This document shows, one piece after another, positions 46,121-55,708 of a DNA stretch of 64,000 bases. The translations under genes and the position numbers were made by a program. The notes beneath the pieces are model-generated. The model was given only the letters and a program-made list of their open reading frames with translations, did no database searches and was not told where the DNA came from. The stretch is from a virus. The stretch's first letter is position 1; every line of letters starts with the position of its first letter. Where the stretch lies: the IMG/VR virus record IMGVR_UViG_3300048113_001121, positions 64,001 through 128,000 of that record. One strand, written 5' to 3'.

Positions 46121-46792
46121 ATGGATTACGGAAAAGATTTTCAAAAATACGCAATGAGCGACCATAACGTGTCGTCACTAACAATGCACCATTATCAAAA
46201 AGAACTACAAGGTTCAATGACCCCCTACATTTTAGAGGAGAGAGAGATGAGAGCAACTCAATTAGATATATTCTCAAGATTAATGAGAGACAGACTATTA
46301 TGGGTCGCAGGTACAGTAAATGATGCAATGTCAACAGTAGTACAAGCTCAACTAATGTATTTAGATTCTGTAGATAATATGGATATTACGATGCACATCG
46401 ATTCACCAGGTGGTTCAGTAAAATCAGGACTATCTATGGTAGATGTTATGCACTATATAAAATCAGATATCGTAACAGTTAACACGGGTATGGCAGCATC
46501 GATGGGTTCTATTCTTTTAGGTGCGGGAACTAAAGGTAAACGTTCATCTTTAAGATTCTCAAGAACTATGTTACACCAATCATCAGGAGGTGCGGTTGGT
46601 AATATACAAGATGCAGAAATCACTATGAGAGAATGGACTAAGTTAAATGACACTTTGTTTAACTTATTAGGTGAATTTTGCGATAAAGATGCCGAGGTAG
46701 TAAAACAAGACGCATCTCGTGATTTATGGTTATCTGCTGAAGATGCTTTAGAGTATGGAATTATAGATGAAATCATAAAGACTAAAAAATAA
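46121..46792 (+). CDS. clpP: ATP-dependent Clp protease proteolytic subunit
   Basis: DIFSRL, IDSPGGSV, GMAASMG, MLHQ, RD.W..A..A.EYGIID. Confidence 0.95.
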   Translation: MDYGKDFQKYAMSDHNVSSLTMHHYQKELQGSMTPYILEEREMRATQLDIFSRLMRDRLLWVAGTVNDAMSTVVQAQLMYLDSVDNMDITMHIDSPGGSVKSGLSMVDVMHYIKSDIVTVNTGMAASMGSILLGAGTKGKRSSLRFSRTMLHQSSGGAVGNIQDAEITMREWTKLNDTLFNLLGEFCDKDAEVVKQDASRDLWLSAEDALEYGIIDEIIKTKK

Positions 46793-46805
46793 CAATTTAG
46801 TGGTA

Positions 46806-46831
46806 AAAACCCTCACATTTGTGGGGGTTTT
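46806..46831 (+). terminator. Terminator after clpP
   Basis: AAAACCCTCAC-ATTT-GTGGGGGTTTT. Confidence 0.75.
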
Positions 46832-46870
46832 ATTTACTTTAGTATATTATACTTAGATATTTGTTATAAT

Positions 46871-47095
46871 ATGGGAAAAACTAAAGTAAATCTTAAAAGA
46901 CATCTACTTAAAACTATTACATGGAGAATAATCGGAACAATAGATACCGTTGTTATTGGTTGGGTTGTTTCAGGTGACCCCCTAATTGGTTTAACTATCG
47001 GTTCATTTGAAATAATAACCAAAATGATACTCTATTTTATACATGAACGTGTGTGGTACAAAATTAATTTTGGTACTAAAAGGGTTACCAAATAG
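46871..47095 (+). CDS. DUF2061-like small membrane protein
   Basis: RH..KT.TWR..GT.DT...YF.HER.W. Confidence 0.8.
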   Translation: MGKTKVNLKRHLLKTITWRIIGTIDTVVIGWVVSGDPLIGLTIGSFEIITKMILYFIHERVWYKINFGTKRVTK

Positions 47096-47143
47096 AAAAA
47101 ACTCCGTAAACACGGATATTTATTAGTTATAAAGAAAGATTTA

Positions 47144-47767
47144 ATGGATTGGATAAGAATATTAGAAGTATTAGTTACCTCGGTTAGCTCAATAATTGTA
47201 GCTTTAGTAGGTGCTGGTTTCTTTAGACAAATGAGAGACAAACAGGAGAAAAGTAGGTCTAAAGAGAAACTAATGGAACAAATCAAAAAAGACGAGATAG
47301 TACATCTCGCAATAAGAGACGTTAGACGAAGTTATAACGCCGATAGAGTATATATATGGCAATTTCATAATGGGGGTAGTTTTTATACGACCTCACCGAT
47401 GCAAAAATTATCAATTACTTATGAAAGATGTTCCGATGGATTAGAACGAAAAGCCGAAAAAAATCAAAATCATTTAATAACTAGTTTTACAAGTTACATC
47501 AAAGACACTATGGATGGTAAAATGTACTTCCCTAATGTCGAGGATATGAATGATATAGGTTTAAGGTCATTAGCTTATTCAAGTGGAACAAGAGGTCACT
47601 GTGCCGTACCTATATATGATAAAGACAAGCATTTAGTCGCTATACTTTGTTTAGATTGGGTTTTTAGTGAAATACCTAAACAATATTTAAAGAAGGATGG
47701 TCAATTTACCCAAGATTTTATAGACGAATTTAGTACTGATGCTGACACATTAGACCCATACTTATAA
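47144..47767 (+). CDS. Single-TM protein with GAF-like domain, T4 holin T-like
   Basis: One N-terminal TM; ADRVYIWQFHNG and AVPI...VAILCL; TATTTAT at 47117. Confidence 0.6.
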   Translation: MDWIRILEVLVTSVSSIIVALVGAGFFRQMRDKQEKSRSKEKLMEQIKKDEIVHLAIRDVRRSYNADRVYIWQFHNGGSFYTTSPMQKLSITYERCSDGLERKAEKNQNHLITSFTSYIKDTMDGKMYFPNVEDMNDIGLRSLAYSSGTRGHCAVPIYDKDKHLVAILCLDWVFSEIPKQYLKKDGQFTQDFIDEFSTDADTLDPYL

Positions 47768-47768
47768 T

Positions 47769-48020
47769 ATGTTTAATAAACATTTAAAACATTGTCTAAA
47801 ATATCAAAAAGTTATATTAATCTTTTTGAGTTTATCATTATTATCTGTGGTAGACACTATAAAAGGTTATATAATAAGTGAATGTGGATACACAAAAGAA
47901 TTCTGGATGGTAGAGTCAATTTCTTTACTATTATCTGTATTTTTACTATACTACTTATGGAACAATATCAATGATGGTTATTGTTACACTAAGAAAAAAG
48001 AAAGTAAAAATATAGATTAA
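47769..48020 (+). CDS. Small 2-TM membrane protein
   Basis: ORF track. Confidence 0.55.
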   Translation: MFNKHLKHCLKYQKVILIFLSLSLLSVVDTIKGYIISECGYTKEFWMVESISLLLSVFLLYYLWNNINDGYCYTKKKESKNID

Positions 48021-48022
48021 AC

Positions 48023-48271
48023 ATGAAATTCACTTTAGACACTACAGAAAAAACAATTACAATAGAGGGTAATTTTACAAAAGTAGAGATGACCCAACTA
48101 TTCGATATACTAGATATCGAAAATATAGAGGAGTATACAATTCAAACAAAATCTCCTGATTTTTGGTATCAAACCAACACGTATAATCCTGATATACAAC
48201 TATACTCAACAAATAACACATTCGATAATAACTTAAAAGTCGTATATAAAAATATAGTAGACTCAATATAG
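48023..48271 (+). CDS. Hypothetical protein
   Basis: ORF track. Confidence 0.55.
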   Translation: MKFTLDTTEKTITIEGNFTKVEMTQLFDILDIENIEEYTIQTKSPDFWYQTNTYNPDIQLYSTNNTFDNNLKVVYKNIVDSI

Positions 48272-48302
48272 TATAATTATATTTTAGTTTATATTTATTG
48301 TT

Positions 48303-48611
48303 ATGGGTACTTCAATGGAAAAATTCTTAGATAAAACTAAATCAGACAATAAAATTGTAGATATGTATACTGACGTAAGAAAATGGTTACAGTCAGAAGG
48401 TCATACCACAATAACATCACAATCTATAAGTAAAGCTCCACACGATATATGGAGATTAATGGAAAATCTTAGAGGTGAAGTTTCAGTCTTAAGAGACACA
48501 TTAAGAAGATACGGTATTTTAGAGTCTGACGATGTCTATGAGGAATGGTTGAAAAGTAGACTAAGTAAAATAGATAAACAGTACCCACTAATAGACGAAA
48601 GAAATGATTAA
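48303..48611 (+). CDS. Hypothetical protein
   Basis: TATTTAT at 48292. Confidence 0.65.
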   Translation: MGTSMEKFLDKTKSDNKIVDMYTDVRKWLQSEGHTTITSQSISKAPHDIWRLMENLRGEVSVLRDTLRRYGILESDDVYEEWLKSRLSKIDKQYPLIDERND

Positions 48612-48861
48612 TTTTATAAAAAACTTATTTAAACCTAAATTTGTCCCTCAGGATGAAATACAAGAGTTTCTTGTGAGTATTAATTTTAAACAATGTTCAG
48701 TAAATAAGAATGAATTAATAAAAGATAATAGTAACCATAAAATTATTTATAATATGGATAAGTTATCTGTTAGTATAACTAAAGATGGTGGTACTATTGT
48801 TTTAAAATCTTTCGGTAACATTACTAAAATTAAGAGATTTATATCTAAATACTCTATTTAA
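48604..48861 (+). CDS. Hypothetical protein
   Basis: ORF track. Confidence 0.55.
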   Translation: MINFIKNLFKPKFVPQDEIQEFLVSINFKQCSVNKNELIKDNSNHKIIYNMDKLSVSITKDGGTIVLKSFGNITKIKRFISKYSI

Positions 48862-49700
48862 ACACCAGTAAATTTTATTTTATTAACATCGTCTTTAAAG
48901 TAAAGTGGACTAATCTCACTAAAACTTTTAAGATATTCTATTCTAGACGAATCTTTTAAGTCCCAGTAAGGTCCGTGCTCATCTTCAAAGTCACCTATTA
49001 ATTCATGGTCCACTTCAGAATCACTCTTAAGTAATATTACAGCCCCTTTATTTGAATCTAAGACCTCCGTTATTTTATGAGTATAATCCTGATGATTTAA
49101 TTCGTTAAGTTTTTCTACCATATTAACGTCCCCAATAACCCATGTAGAACTACCGAAGTGAACTGATTCTTCATCTTCCTCAACCTCACCATCACTACAA
49201 TCTGGACAACTATATGTCCCCATACCGTCACACTGAGTACACTCTATTTCACCTGACCCATTACACATACCACATTCATCATCTTCATCACTATCCCCAT
49301 AAGGTTCACCCTCACCTGTACCTTCACATTCATGACACGTTTCTGAACCTGTATTTAAACACTCACGACAGTCTGCATCTCCAAGACCTGCACAATTTTC
49401 ACATGAGATATCTCTAGCAAATAATTCATCCACATCACTCAGAGATAACATATATACTTCGTTCTCACTTCTCCATATTGCCGTTTCAATATCGTCACCC
49501 TTAAACATAAAGAATATGATAAAAGATAATTTTACGATTTCTTTATTTGATAATGTAGTTTTTACTAATCTTTTTGTTGGCGGTAAGGACATGATTTGTC
49601 TTAATATATAACTCGCTCCAGGTGTTTCCTTAAATTTATTATTTGAAACTACCTTCTCGATATAAGTTTTAATTATTTTTGCTAGTTGAGCTAAATCCAT
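48858..49700 (-). CDS. Protein with DnaJ-type CxxCxGxG zinc-finger repeats
   Basis: CENCAGLG, CRECLNTG, CHECEGTG, CGMCNGSG, CTQCDGMG, CPDC; no J domain. Confidence 0.75.
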   Translation of the reverse strand: MDLAQLAKIIKTYIEKVVSNNKFKETPGASYILRQIMSLPPTKRLVKTTLSNKEIVKLSFIIFFMFKGDDIETAIWRSENEVYMLSLSDVDELFARDISCENCAGLGDADCRECLNTGSETCHECEGTGEGEPYGDSDEDDECGMCNGSGEIECTQCDGMGTYSCPDCSDGEVEEDEESVHFGSSTWVIGDVNMVEKLNELNHQDYTHKITEVLDSNKGAVILLKSDSEVDHELIGDFEDEHGPYWDLKDSSRIEYLKSFSEISPLYFKDDVNKIKFTGV

Positions 49701-49751
49701 TGTATTACGTTTTAATATAAATATTCAGATATTTATTTAAAAATACAAGAT

Positions 49752-50522
49752 ATGTCAAGCGTTTCAAGAATTAAGAACCTTATGAGAATAACAGAGCAAC
49801 AAAAAATTGTGGCACCTTCGGTTAACATAGATGCGTTAATTACTATGTTATTATTTATAAAGGATAAAAATCCTGAAGTAATTGAGGATATAGAAGACTT
49901 TGAGGATGTTGATTTTTCTGAATTTACTGGAGTAAGTCTAAGTAATTACATTAGTAAAAATTTACCTTTATTTGGTTTACCTAAATTTGATGGAGCAATT
50001 GAAGATTTTTATGGGAATTTTATATTAAATAATATTACGTTAATTCGTAATGGTGAAACTGACAAAACTAAGTATACCATACCAACTCTTAAAAAATTTG
50101 AAGTATTAGGTGAAGAAAGGTATAGTGGTAGAAAAGGTGATTATTATAAATTATTCCTTGAAGGTTACTCAGAAGAGTTTATCACTAGACAAATTGAAAC
50201 AGGAGAAATTGATGTATCAATGGGGGAATTCATTGAAGAAGAATGGGGTGATACATGGGATACTGAAAGGTTTGTAGATGATATTAAAGAAGTACCTATG
50301 AATACCGACACCTCATATAAGACTCCGTCAAATAATTCATTAAAAGAAGATGTAGAGATTCAACCTGAAATTAAATCGGAAGACTTCATGGATTTCGTTA
50401 ACGGTGAATACGATATTGAAACATTAGAATTAATGCAGTCAGTAATATCGGGTAGAGTTCGTAAACTAAAAAGTTTAATCGATATCGCCAATCGAAAAGA
50501 AATCAAAGGTTATAGAAAATAA
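49752..50522 (+). CDS. Hypothetical protein with SRIKNLMRITEQ leader
   Basis: TATTTAT at 49730. Confidence 0.65.
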   Translation: MSSVSRIKNLMRITEQQKIVAPSVNIDALITMLLFIKDKNPEVIEDIEDFEDVDFSEFTGVSLSNYISKNLPLFGLPKFDGAIEDFYGNFILNNITLIRNGETDKTKYTIPTLKKFEVLGEERYSGRKGDYYKLFLEGYSEEFITRQIETGEIDVSMGEFIEEEWGDTWDTERFVDDIKEVPMNTDTSYKTPSNNSLKEDVEIQPEIKSEDFMDFVNGEYDIETLELMQSVISGRVRKLKSLIDIANRKEIKGYRK

Positions 50523-50552
50523 AAAGGGAGATGGTAGCGAAACCTCTCCCCT
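50523..50552. terminator. Terminator hairpin between convergent genes
   Basis: AAGGGAGA...TCTCCCTT. Confidence 0.7.
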
Positions 50553-50598
50553 TAATCGCTCATAACTATAAGCGGTCCTAAACTCCTACAACAACAGA

Positions 50599-50730
50599 TT
50601 ACCTGTCATACGGAGCCATATGTTTACTCTCTTCAGAGTCATTACCTTTAAACTTACATGTACAGTTTTCACACGTACATCCTTCATTTAGACATTTTTC
50701 TTTTTTACAAGTACAATTTTCACAAGCCAT
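50599..50730 (-). CDS. Metallothionein-like peptide MACENCTCKKEKCLNEGCTCENCTCKFKGNDSEESKHMAPYDR
   Basis: Hand-translated, 43 aa, 8 Cys in the first 25 residues, CENCTC twice. Confidence 0.7.
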   Translation of the reverse strand: MACENCTCKKEKCLNEGCTCENCTCKFKGNDSEESKHMAPYDR

Positions 50731-50734
50731 AATT

Positions 50735-50950
50735 TTATTTTTTTACGTTTAGAAATTTTTCAACTTCTTTATTATTAGGGATACCCATTTCACGATTACA
50801 TTCACAACAATACACTCTCATGTTGTTGGTCCCATCTTTAAATTTAACACGAGTCTCTTTATGAGTACACTTTTCTTGTATACTCGTCATTTCAGTCTCT
50901 AAATGTTTAATTTGTTTTTCAATGTTATTAATTTTTTCTGCATTTCCCAT
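50735..50950 (-). CDS. Small coiled-coil plus Cys/His protein
   Basis: CTH...CCEC. Confidence 0.6.
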   Translation of the reverse strand: MGNAEKINNIEKQIKHLETEMTSIQEKCTHKETRVKFKDGTNNMRVYCCECNREMGIPNNKEVEKFLNVKK

Positions 50951-50978
50951 TCTTCCTATTTAAATTATTTATGGAATA

Positions 50979-51341
50979 CTATTTAAAATCAAATATAATA
51001 CTTATATTTTGTTTTTCAAAATAGTTGTCAATCTTTTTTTTAAAATCAGGTAAAGCTCTTAAAAACTCTATCAGATTCATAAACTTTTGATTAACCTCCC
51101 CCTCACTACTCATGTGAGATAATATCAAATTCTCTAAAGAACTGGCTTTTAATGGTAACATATTTTCTTTAATATTCAACTGTTCTTTCAATTCATCAGG
51201 TAACTCAAATGAAAGGGTATGTGAATGGTCACTTGAATCACTTAGAGGTATCACCTCGAAGTCAAAAAGACCACTTGGTCTCTTAGGTCCAAGCATAACG
51301 AAAAAGTCTCTCAATAGTTCTAATGCAACTTTGTTACTCAT
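50979..51341 (-). CDS. Hypothetical protein
   Basis: TATTTAT at 51346. Confidence 0.6.
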   Translation of the reverse strand: MSNKVALELLRDFFVMLGPKRPSGLFDFEVIPLSDSSDHSHTLSFELPDELKEQLNIKENMLPLKASSLENLILSHMSSEGEVNQKFMNLIEFLRALPDFKKKIDNYFEKQNISIIFDFK

Positions 51342-51389
51342 GTTAATAAATATTAGTACTTTGGTTAAATATAGTTTTTATAACTATTT

Positions 51390-52253
51390 ATGAATATGAG
51401 TATCGACACACAATATGGAATGTTATTTAAGTTTATGAACCAATCTAGGTCTAAATATATGGGATTAGATTTAACTTATGACTTCGAACTTTTACCTGAA
51501 AATAGAATTTCTGTAGATATCTTCGCTGAAGGTAATTTTGATTTACCCATTAGAACTAAACAAATGTTTCGTAATATGTTTATGGAATTCTTTTTAAAAG
51601 ATTCCAAATATTTTAACATACCGAGAAGTACTGTTGGGTTACTTGATTTCAATAATATATTATTAAACGGTGAGAGACTTGGAGATAGAATAACAATGGA
51701 TGATAACTTTAAAAAAGACTTAGTCAATGTTGAATCTAAATTAAAAAAATACTACTCAATTGATATTGCCGATTATCCACAGGGGTCATTTAGATTAGAG
51801 TCCTTCGATAATGATTTAAAAACCTATATTGAAATATTGGATGAAGATTCATTAATGTATACTGTTGATATTAAAGACTCTCAAAAAATAACACTAAATG
51901 GTAATGAGTTTAATCGAAATACTATAGTGGACTTTTTAGACTCAGTAGATATAGGTTCACCAGATACTGACCCCGATTCAATATTTGAATCTATTTCAAA
52001 TGCAGTTTGGGAAAACTCTGTTGAAGGGGATGGTACTTCTTTGGAATTATTTTGGGATAAATTAATGTCAAATGGTATGAACTACCAAAATTACTTTATG
52101 GAAAATGTGGGGATGTTGTCTGTTGTTAATTTAAATAGTTATGATGGTATGTTTAACGATAATATACATAACTATAATACTGAATCACAATCAGAGGTTC
52201 TATCAATATTTGTTGGTTGGTTAGAAACTAATAAGGGTAAGTATAAACTTTAA
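51390..52253 (+). CDS. Acidic hypothetical protein
   Basis: TATTTAT at 51385-51391 overlaps the first ATG; real start may be 51396. Confidence 0.65.
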   Translation: MNMSIDTQYGMLFKFMNQSRSKYMGLDLTYDFELLPENRISVDIFAEGNFDLPIRTKQMFRNMFMEFFLKDSKYFNIPRSTVGLLDFNNILLNGERLGDRITMDDNFKKDLVNVESKLKKYYSIDIADYPQGSFRLESFDNDLKTYIEILDEDSLMYTVDIKDSQKITLNGNEFNRNTIVDFLDSVDIGSPDTDPDSIFESISNAVWENSVEGDGTSLELFWDKLMSNGMNYQNYFMENVGMLSVVNLNSYDGMFNDNIHNYNTESQSEVLSIFVGWLETNKGKYKL

Positions 52254-52765
52254 GAAATCTTTTTCCAAACACTACTATTCTCTGAACCAATGAAAGTATC
52301 TAAATCTTCATCGTAATTTAGTATTGTCTCACCTCTATGATTAATGAGATTAAAATCAACATAAGGTACGTCCCCTAATGACAAACCCATTAACCTAAGG
52401 AATTTTTGTGAAATATATGGAAATATAACATTTTTAATAAATTCATACCCATTAAATTCTAAGAAACTATCGGCCTCAAGTTCAGGACGTAATTTATATA
52501 CCTTTTTTAATTCTGGCATACTATCAGATATTTCATAAAAACCTTCTGTATTTAAAATCACATTAATAACTAGAGTACCCGGTTGTATCATTTCATAACC
52601 ACCGTATTTAATTGGCTCTTTAGAAGGTACAAAGTCTAACTCGATATCCTTTATTTTACCATCTAATACCTCATGGTCCATAACCATATTAGAATATTTA
52701 GCAATATCATCATACGACTTAGGCATTATCTTATTAAACATGTTATTCATTAAATTAAAATCCAT
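52250..52765 (-). CDS. Hypothetical protein
   Basis: TATTTATA at 52769. Confidence 0.65.
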   Translation of the reverse strand: MDFNLMNNMFNKIMPKSYDDIAKYSNMVMDHEVLDGKIKDIELDFVPSKEPIKYGGYEMIQPGTLVINVILNTEGFYEISDSMPELKKVYKLRPELEADSFLEFNGYEFIKNVIFPYISQKFLRLMGLSLGDVPYVDFNLINHRGETILNYDEDLDTFIGSENSSVWKKIS

Positions 52766-53563
52766 ACATATAAATATATGTGACCACCTTATGTTTCAAG
52801 ACTTTCTTAAAATAGTGTTATTAATACGGGACGAAGGACCCGTTAAAAAAAATTTTTTAGAACAAAAGGACCGACCGAAGGTCGAGAAAAACGGTCCGAA
52901 ATATCCGATACCGGCATATGAATGATTAATTAAGTATATTAAATCATTATATTCACACCATCTAAAGGTATTTCCAAAGAGTTTATTCCGACAGATACCT
53001 AAAAAAAACCCTCTTTTCATCGGTGAAATCCCCATTTAGTTATACTTTTAGGTGATTTTATTCACTAATGGTCATAACCCCCTCCCTTACTGTCGGAATC
53101 CCCCATTTAGAAATAGTTATAAGGCACCATCCCTATATTACAGTTAATGGTGTTCTAAGTGGTGTTTTGTAGGACGTTTCGTAGATGAAACCGTGTTTTT
53201 AGGTGATTTGGTTATAAGAGGGTGGGTTTATATGAGTCTTTAACCACACTACACTTTGGTTTTCTTCTCCTTACGGAGAATTATAGGTAGTGTATTTTAT
53301 AATAGACTGTTTCTCCACCCTGTTCTATAGGGATTATATGTTTACCCATATAGATACCCCCCTTTCTTATCCTTTATATGTATATCCGTATAATACCCCT
53401 TTCTTTTACTGTGTGTATATAAAGGGTGGGTATTATCTTATGGACTCTATAAAGGAGAATGTCTTATATAATACGTTGAGGAAACTTTGGAGTTATAACC
53501 TTGAGGTTTATAATAGAAAGTTTTATAGAGACCCGCCGCCTGAGAAATGTAGAGACAAAAAAA
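52766..53563. other. ~800-bp apparently non-coding region with paired direct repeats
   Basis: AATCCCC(C)ATTTAG x2, TTTTAGGTGATTT x2, ATACCCC(CC)TTTCTT x2, GGGTGGGT x2. Confidence 0.55.
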
Positions 53564-53860
53564 TTATAGTTTTATTTCCTCCCCGTTAGAATCATACTCC
53601 CTTAATACGGTTTTATAGTTCCCTTTAAACTTATTACCTTTAATTAGAACTTCTTTAATGAAGTCTTCGGCTTCAAGTACACCACCTTTAAAGTGTAGGG
53701 GGAATTTCTTTAGATTCTTAATACCTATGGAATCGTGTGTGACATATGTCCACCATTTAAAGAATAGAAATGATTTTTGTTGTTGTACAAAGAAACATAC
53801 ATCGAAGGATATCCCCTTACCGTTATAGAACTCTTCTCGAATTACTCTGTACTTACTCAT
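53564..53860 (-). CDS. Hypothetical protein
   Basis: TATATTTG on - strand at 53883. Confidence 0.65.
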   Translation of the reverse strand: MSKYRVIREEFYNGKGISFDVCFFVQQQKSFLFFKWWTYVTHDSIGIKNLKKFPLHFKGGVLEAEDFIKEVLIKGNKFKGNYKTVLREYDSNGEEIKL

Positions 53861-53905
53861 ATAGTTATCTTTAAGTGTTCGACAAATATAGGATATAAAA
53901 TTTAC

Positions 53906-54982
53906 TTATACAAATGAATTCTTAACCATGTTCTCATAATGTGTTACGGTTTTACCGTCATTAGATACTTTATAGTTTTTGTTTGGGAATACTGCGATGT
54001 TTTTACCGTTAGAATATAATATGTAATCTATCTCTTTTTTTCTTTGGTACCAGTCTCTCATACCATATGTTTGAACTCTTACTCCTCCGTTCTTTAACCT
54101 CTCCATCTTGGACGCTGGTTTGGTTTGATACCCTTTACCATTAACTTTAAAGTCTACACCACTCACACGGTCCTCTATGGACCCTAAACAGTATTGTGAT
54201 ATATCTTCATCAGTTAGTGTTGGGTTCTCTCTCTTAACGATGTCTATGACCTCGGCCTCTGTCTTCCATCCTCTTTCGAATGACTGTAGGTTTCTTTTTA
54301 CTAACGATTGTAGTATTGGGCTATCTTTTCCGAATATCTCTTCTTTGTTTTCTTTTAGATAATCTTTAAACCCTTCTAAAGTTACCTCATCGTTTTCATC
54401 TTGGTATTTCTCTACTAATATTCTTATCACACCTGGATTGGTATCGAAGAAGTTTAGTATTGACCATCTCTCACCTTCCATCGCTGGAAAGATATCTATT
54501 ACACCTTCTAAGGTTTGACAATCAGGTTCAGAAATTTTTCCCCAATTATTTGGGTACACGTCTTTTAATATATCTAATATTAGTTGAGGTATTCCTGAGG
54601 CCTTTGTTTTCAGTGTATTAACTGATAAGTTTTCTGACTTTCTTTTATCAGACTTAACTAATAACGTTTCTAAAAATTTTGGATATAATTGTCTAAGGTC
54701 ATTAACACTAACCCACATTTTATCACCTTTAACTCTAATGTCTTCGGAATCGAAACTTAAATCTTCACCCGTTTTTTTATTGGTAAGTATAACATTAGTG
54801 GAATTGGCTATTTCAGAAGGACTTTTACTTAAGTCGTTAAAATAAACATTAATTGGTTTATCATATTTAGACCATACATTTGCCCTGCCGAATTCTATTT
54901 TTGCGATATCGGAAGAAACGTCTTGTGAATACATTTCCACAACATTTTCTTTTAATAAATTAACAAGTTTAATATCTTTCAT
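53906..54982 (-). CDS. Protein with LLKE leader and C-terminal PD-(D/E)xK-like nuclease motif
   Basis: G...E...EDRVSGVDFKV....YQTKP; TATTTATA at 54987. Confidence 0.55.
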   Translation of the reverse strand: MKDIKLVNLLKENVVEMYSQDVSSDIAKIEFGRANVWSKYDKPINVYFNDLSKSPSEIANSTNVILTNKKTGEDLSFDSEDIRVKGDKMWVSVNDLRQLYPKFLETLLVKSDKRKSENLSVNTLKTKASGIPQLILDILKDVYPNNWGKISEPDCQTLEGVIDIFPAMEGERWSILNFFDTNPGVIRILVEKYQDENDEVTLEGFKDYLKENKEEIFGKDSPILQSLVKRNLQSFERGWKTEAEVIDIVKRENPTLTDEDISQYCLGSIEDRVSGVDFKVNGKGYQTKPASKMERLKNGGVRVQTYGMRDWYQRKKEIDYILYSNGKNIAVFPNKNYKVSNDGKTVTHYENMVKNSFV

Positions 54983-55006
54983 ATTATATAAATATCTACG
55001 GTATTC

Positions 55007-55681
55007 TTATTGACAGGTGAAATTTTCCCCATCATAGGATATAGAAAGTGGTGACCTGTCAAAAAGGTCGGACATTATGTCATATAAGTCATCACAAGAA
55101 AAATATTCTCTTTCTTCAATAGTATCTGTAGATTGACGGTCTCCGTCCCTTAAGGGTGGTTGACCAACATACTCAACTCTCATATATGGATTATCTGTTT
55201 CCCCTTTATATAAATAGTAACCTATATCCGCCTCTCTAATACTGTCATAACTAAGTCCTTCATATTGAGACTGAAGATATAAAATTAATTTATTTTCCAA
55301 CCTATCTATTTCATTATCGACTAATTCGTCATTTACATATGTAAACATTGGCTCATCCATATAATCCTGTAAGTTAACATATCGTAAGGCCCTTCCAATA
55401 TGGTCACCTATTTCATATATGTATTCTCCATATTTTTTATCATATGTAGGTGATGGTTCAAATGTTTTATCAACATCAATATCAACATCAAATTCAAAAT
55501 AAAATGGGATAGTATCTGAAGCTGTGTTCTGCCAATTAGCTCTATTTTTACGTATCATCATTGAATACTCAATACCTCCAAATTTACTAAACACTAACGC
55601 ATCAAGAACTTTTACGGCCATTTTACCTTTTTCTTGTGCCTCAACCTTTAATTCACTATCTAAACTATTTTCTAACTCCAT
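55007..55681 (-). CDS. Acidic hypothetical protein
   Basis: TATTTATA box at 55686. Confidence 0.65.
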   Translation of the reverse strand: MELENSLDSELKVEAQEKGKMAVKVLDALVFSKFGGIEYSMMIRKNRANWQNTASDTIPFYFEFDVDIDVDKTFEPSPTYDKKYGEYIYEIGDHIGRALRYVNLQDYMDEPMFTYVNDELVDNEIDRLENKLILYLQSQYEGLSYDSIREADIGYYLYKGETDNPYMRVEYVGQPPLRDGDRQSTDTIEEREYFSCDDLYDIMSDLFDRSPLSISYDGENFTCQ

Positions 55682-55685
55682 TTAA

Positions 55686-55705
55686 TATAAATAGTTATAT
55701 TTATA
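55686..55705. promoter_or_regulatory. Back-to-back divergent TATTTATA boxes
   Basis: TATAAATA-GTTA-TATTTATA is nearly the whole 27-bp intergenic space between head-to-head genes. Confidence 0.7.
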
Positions 55706-55708
55706 GTT

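Noticed and set aside
52740-53589. ORFs 52740-52925, 52796-53035 and 53290-53589 as genes
   Set aside because: Atypical composition, overlapping each other and lying in a repeat-rich tract; treated as non-coding, though not disproven.
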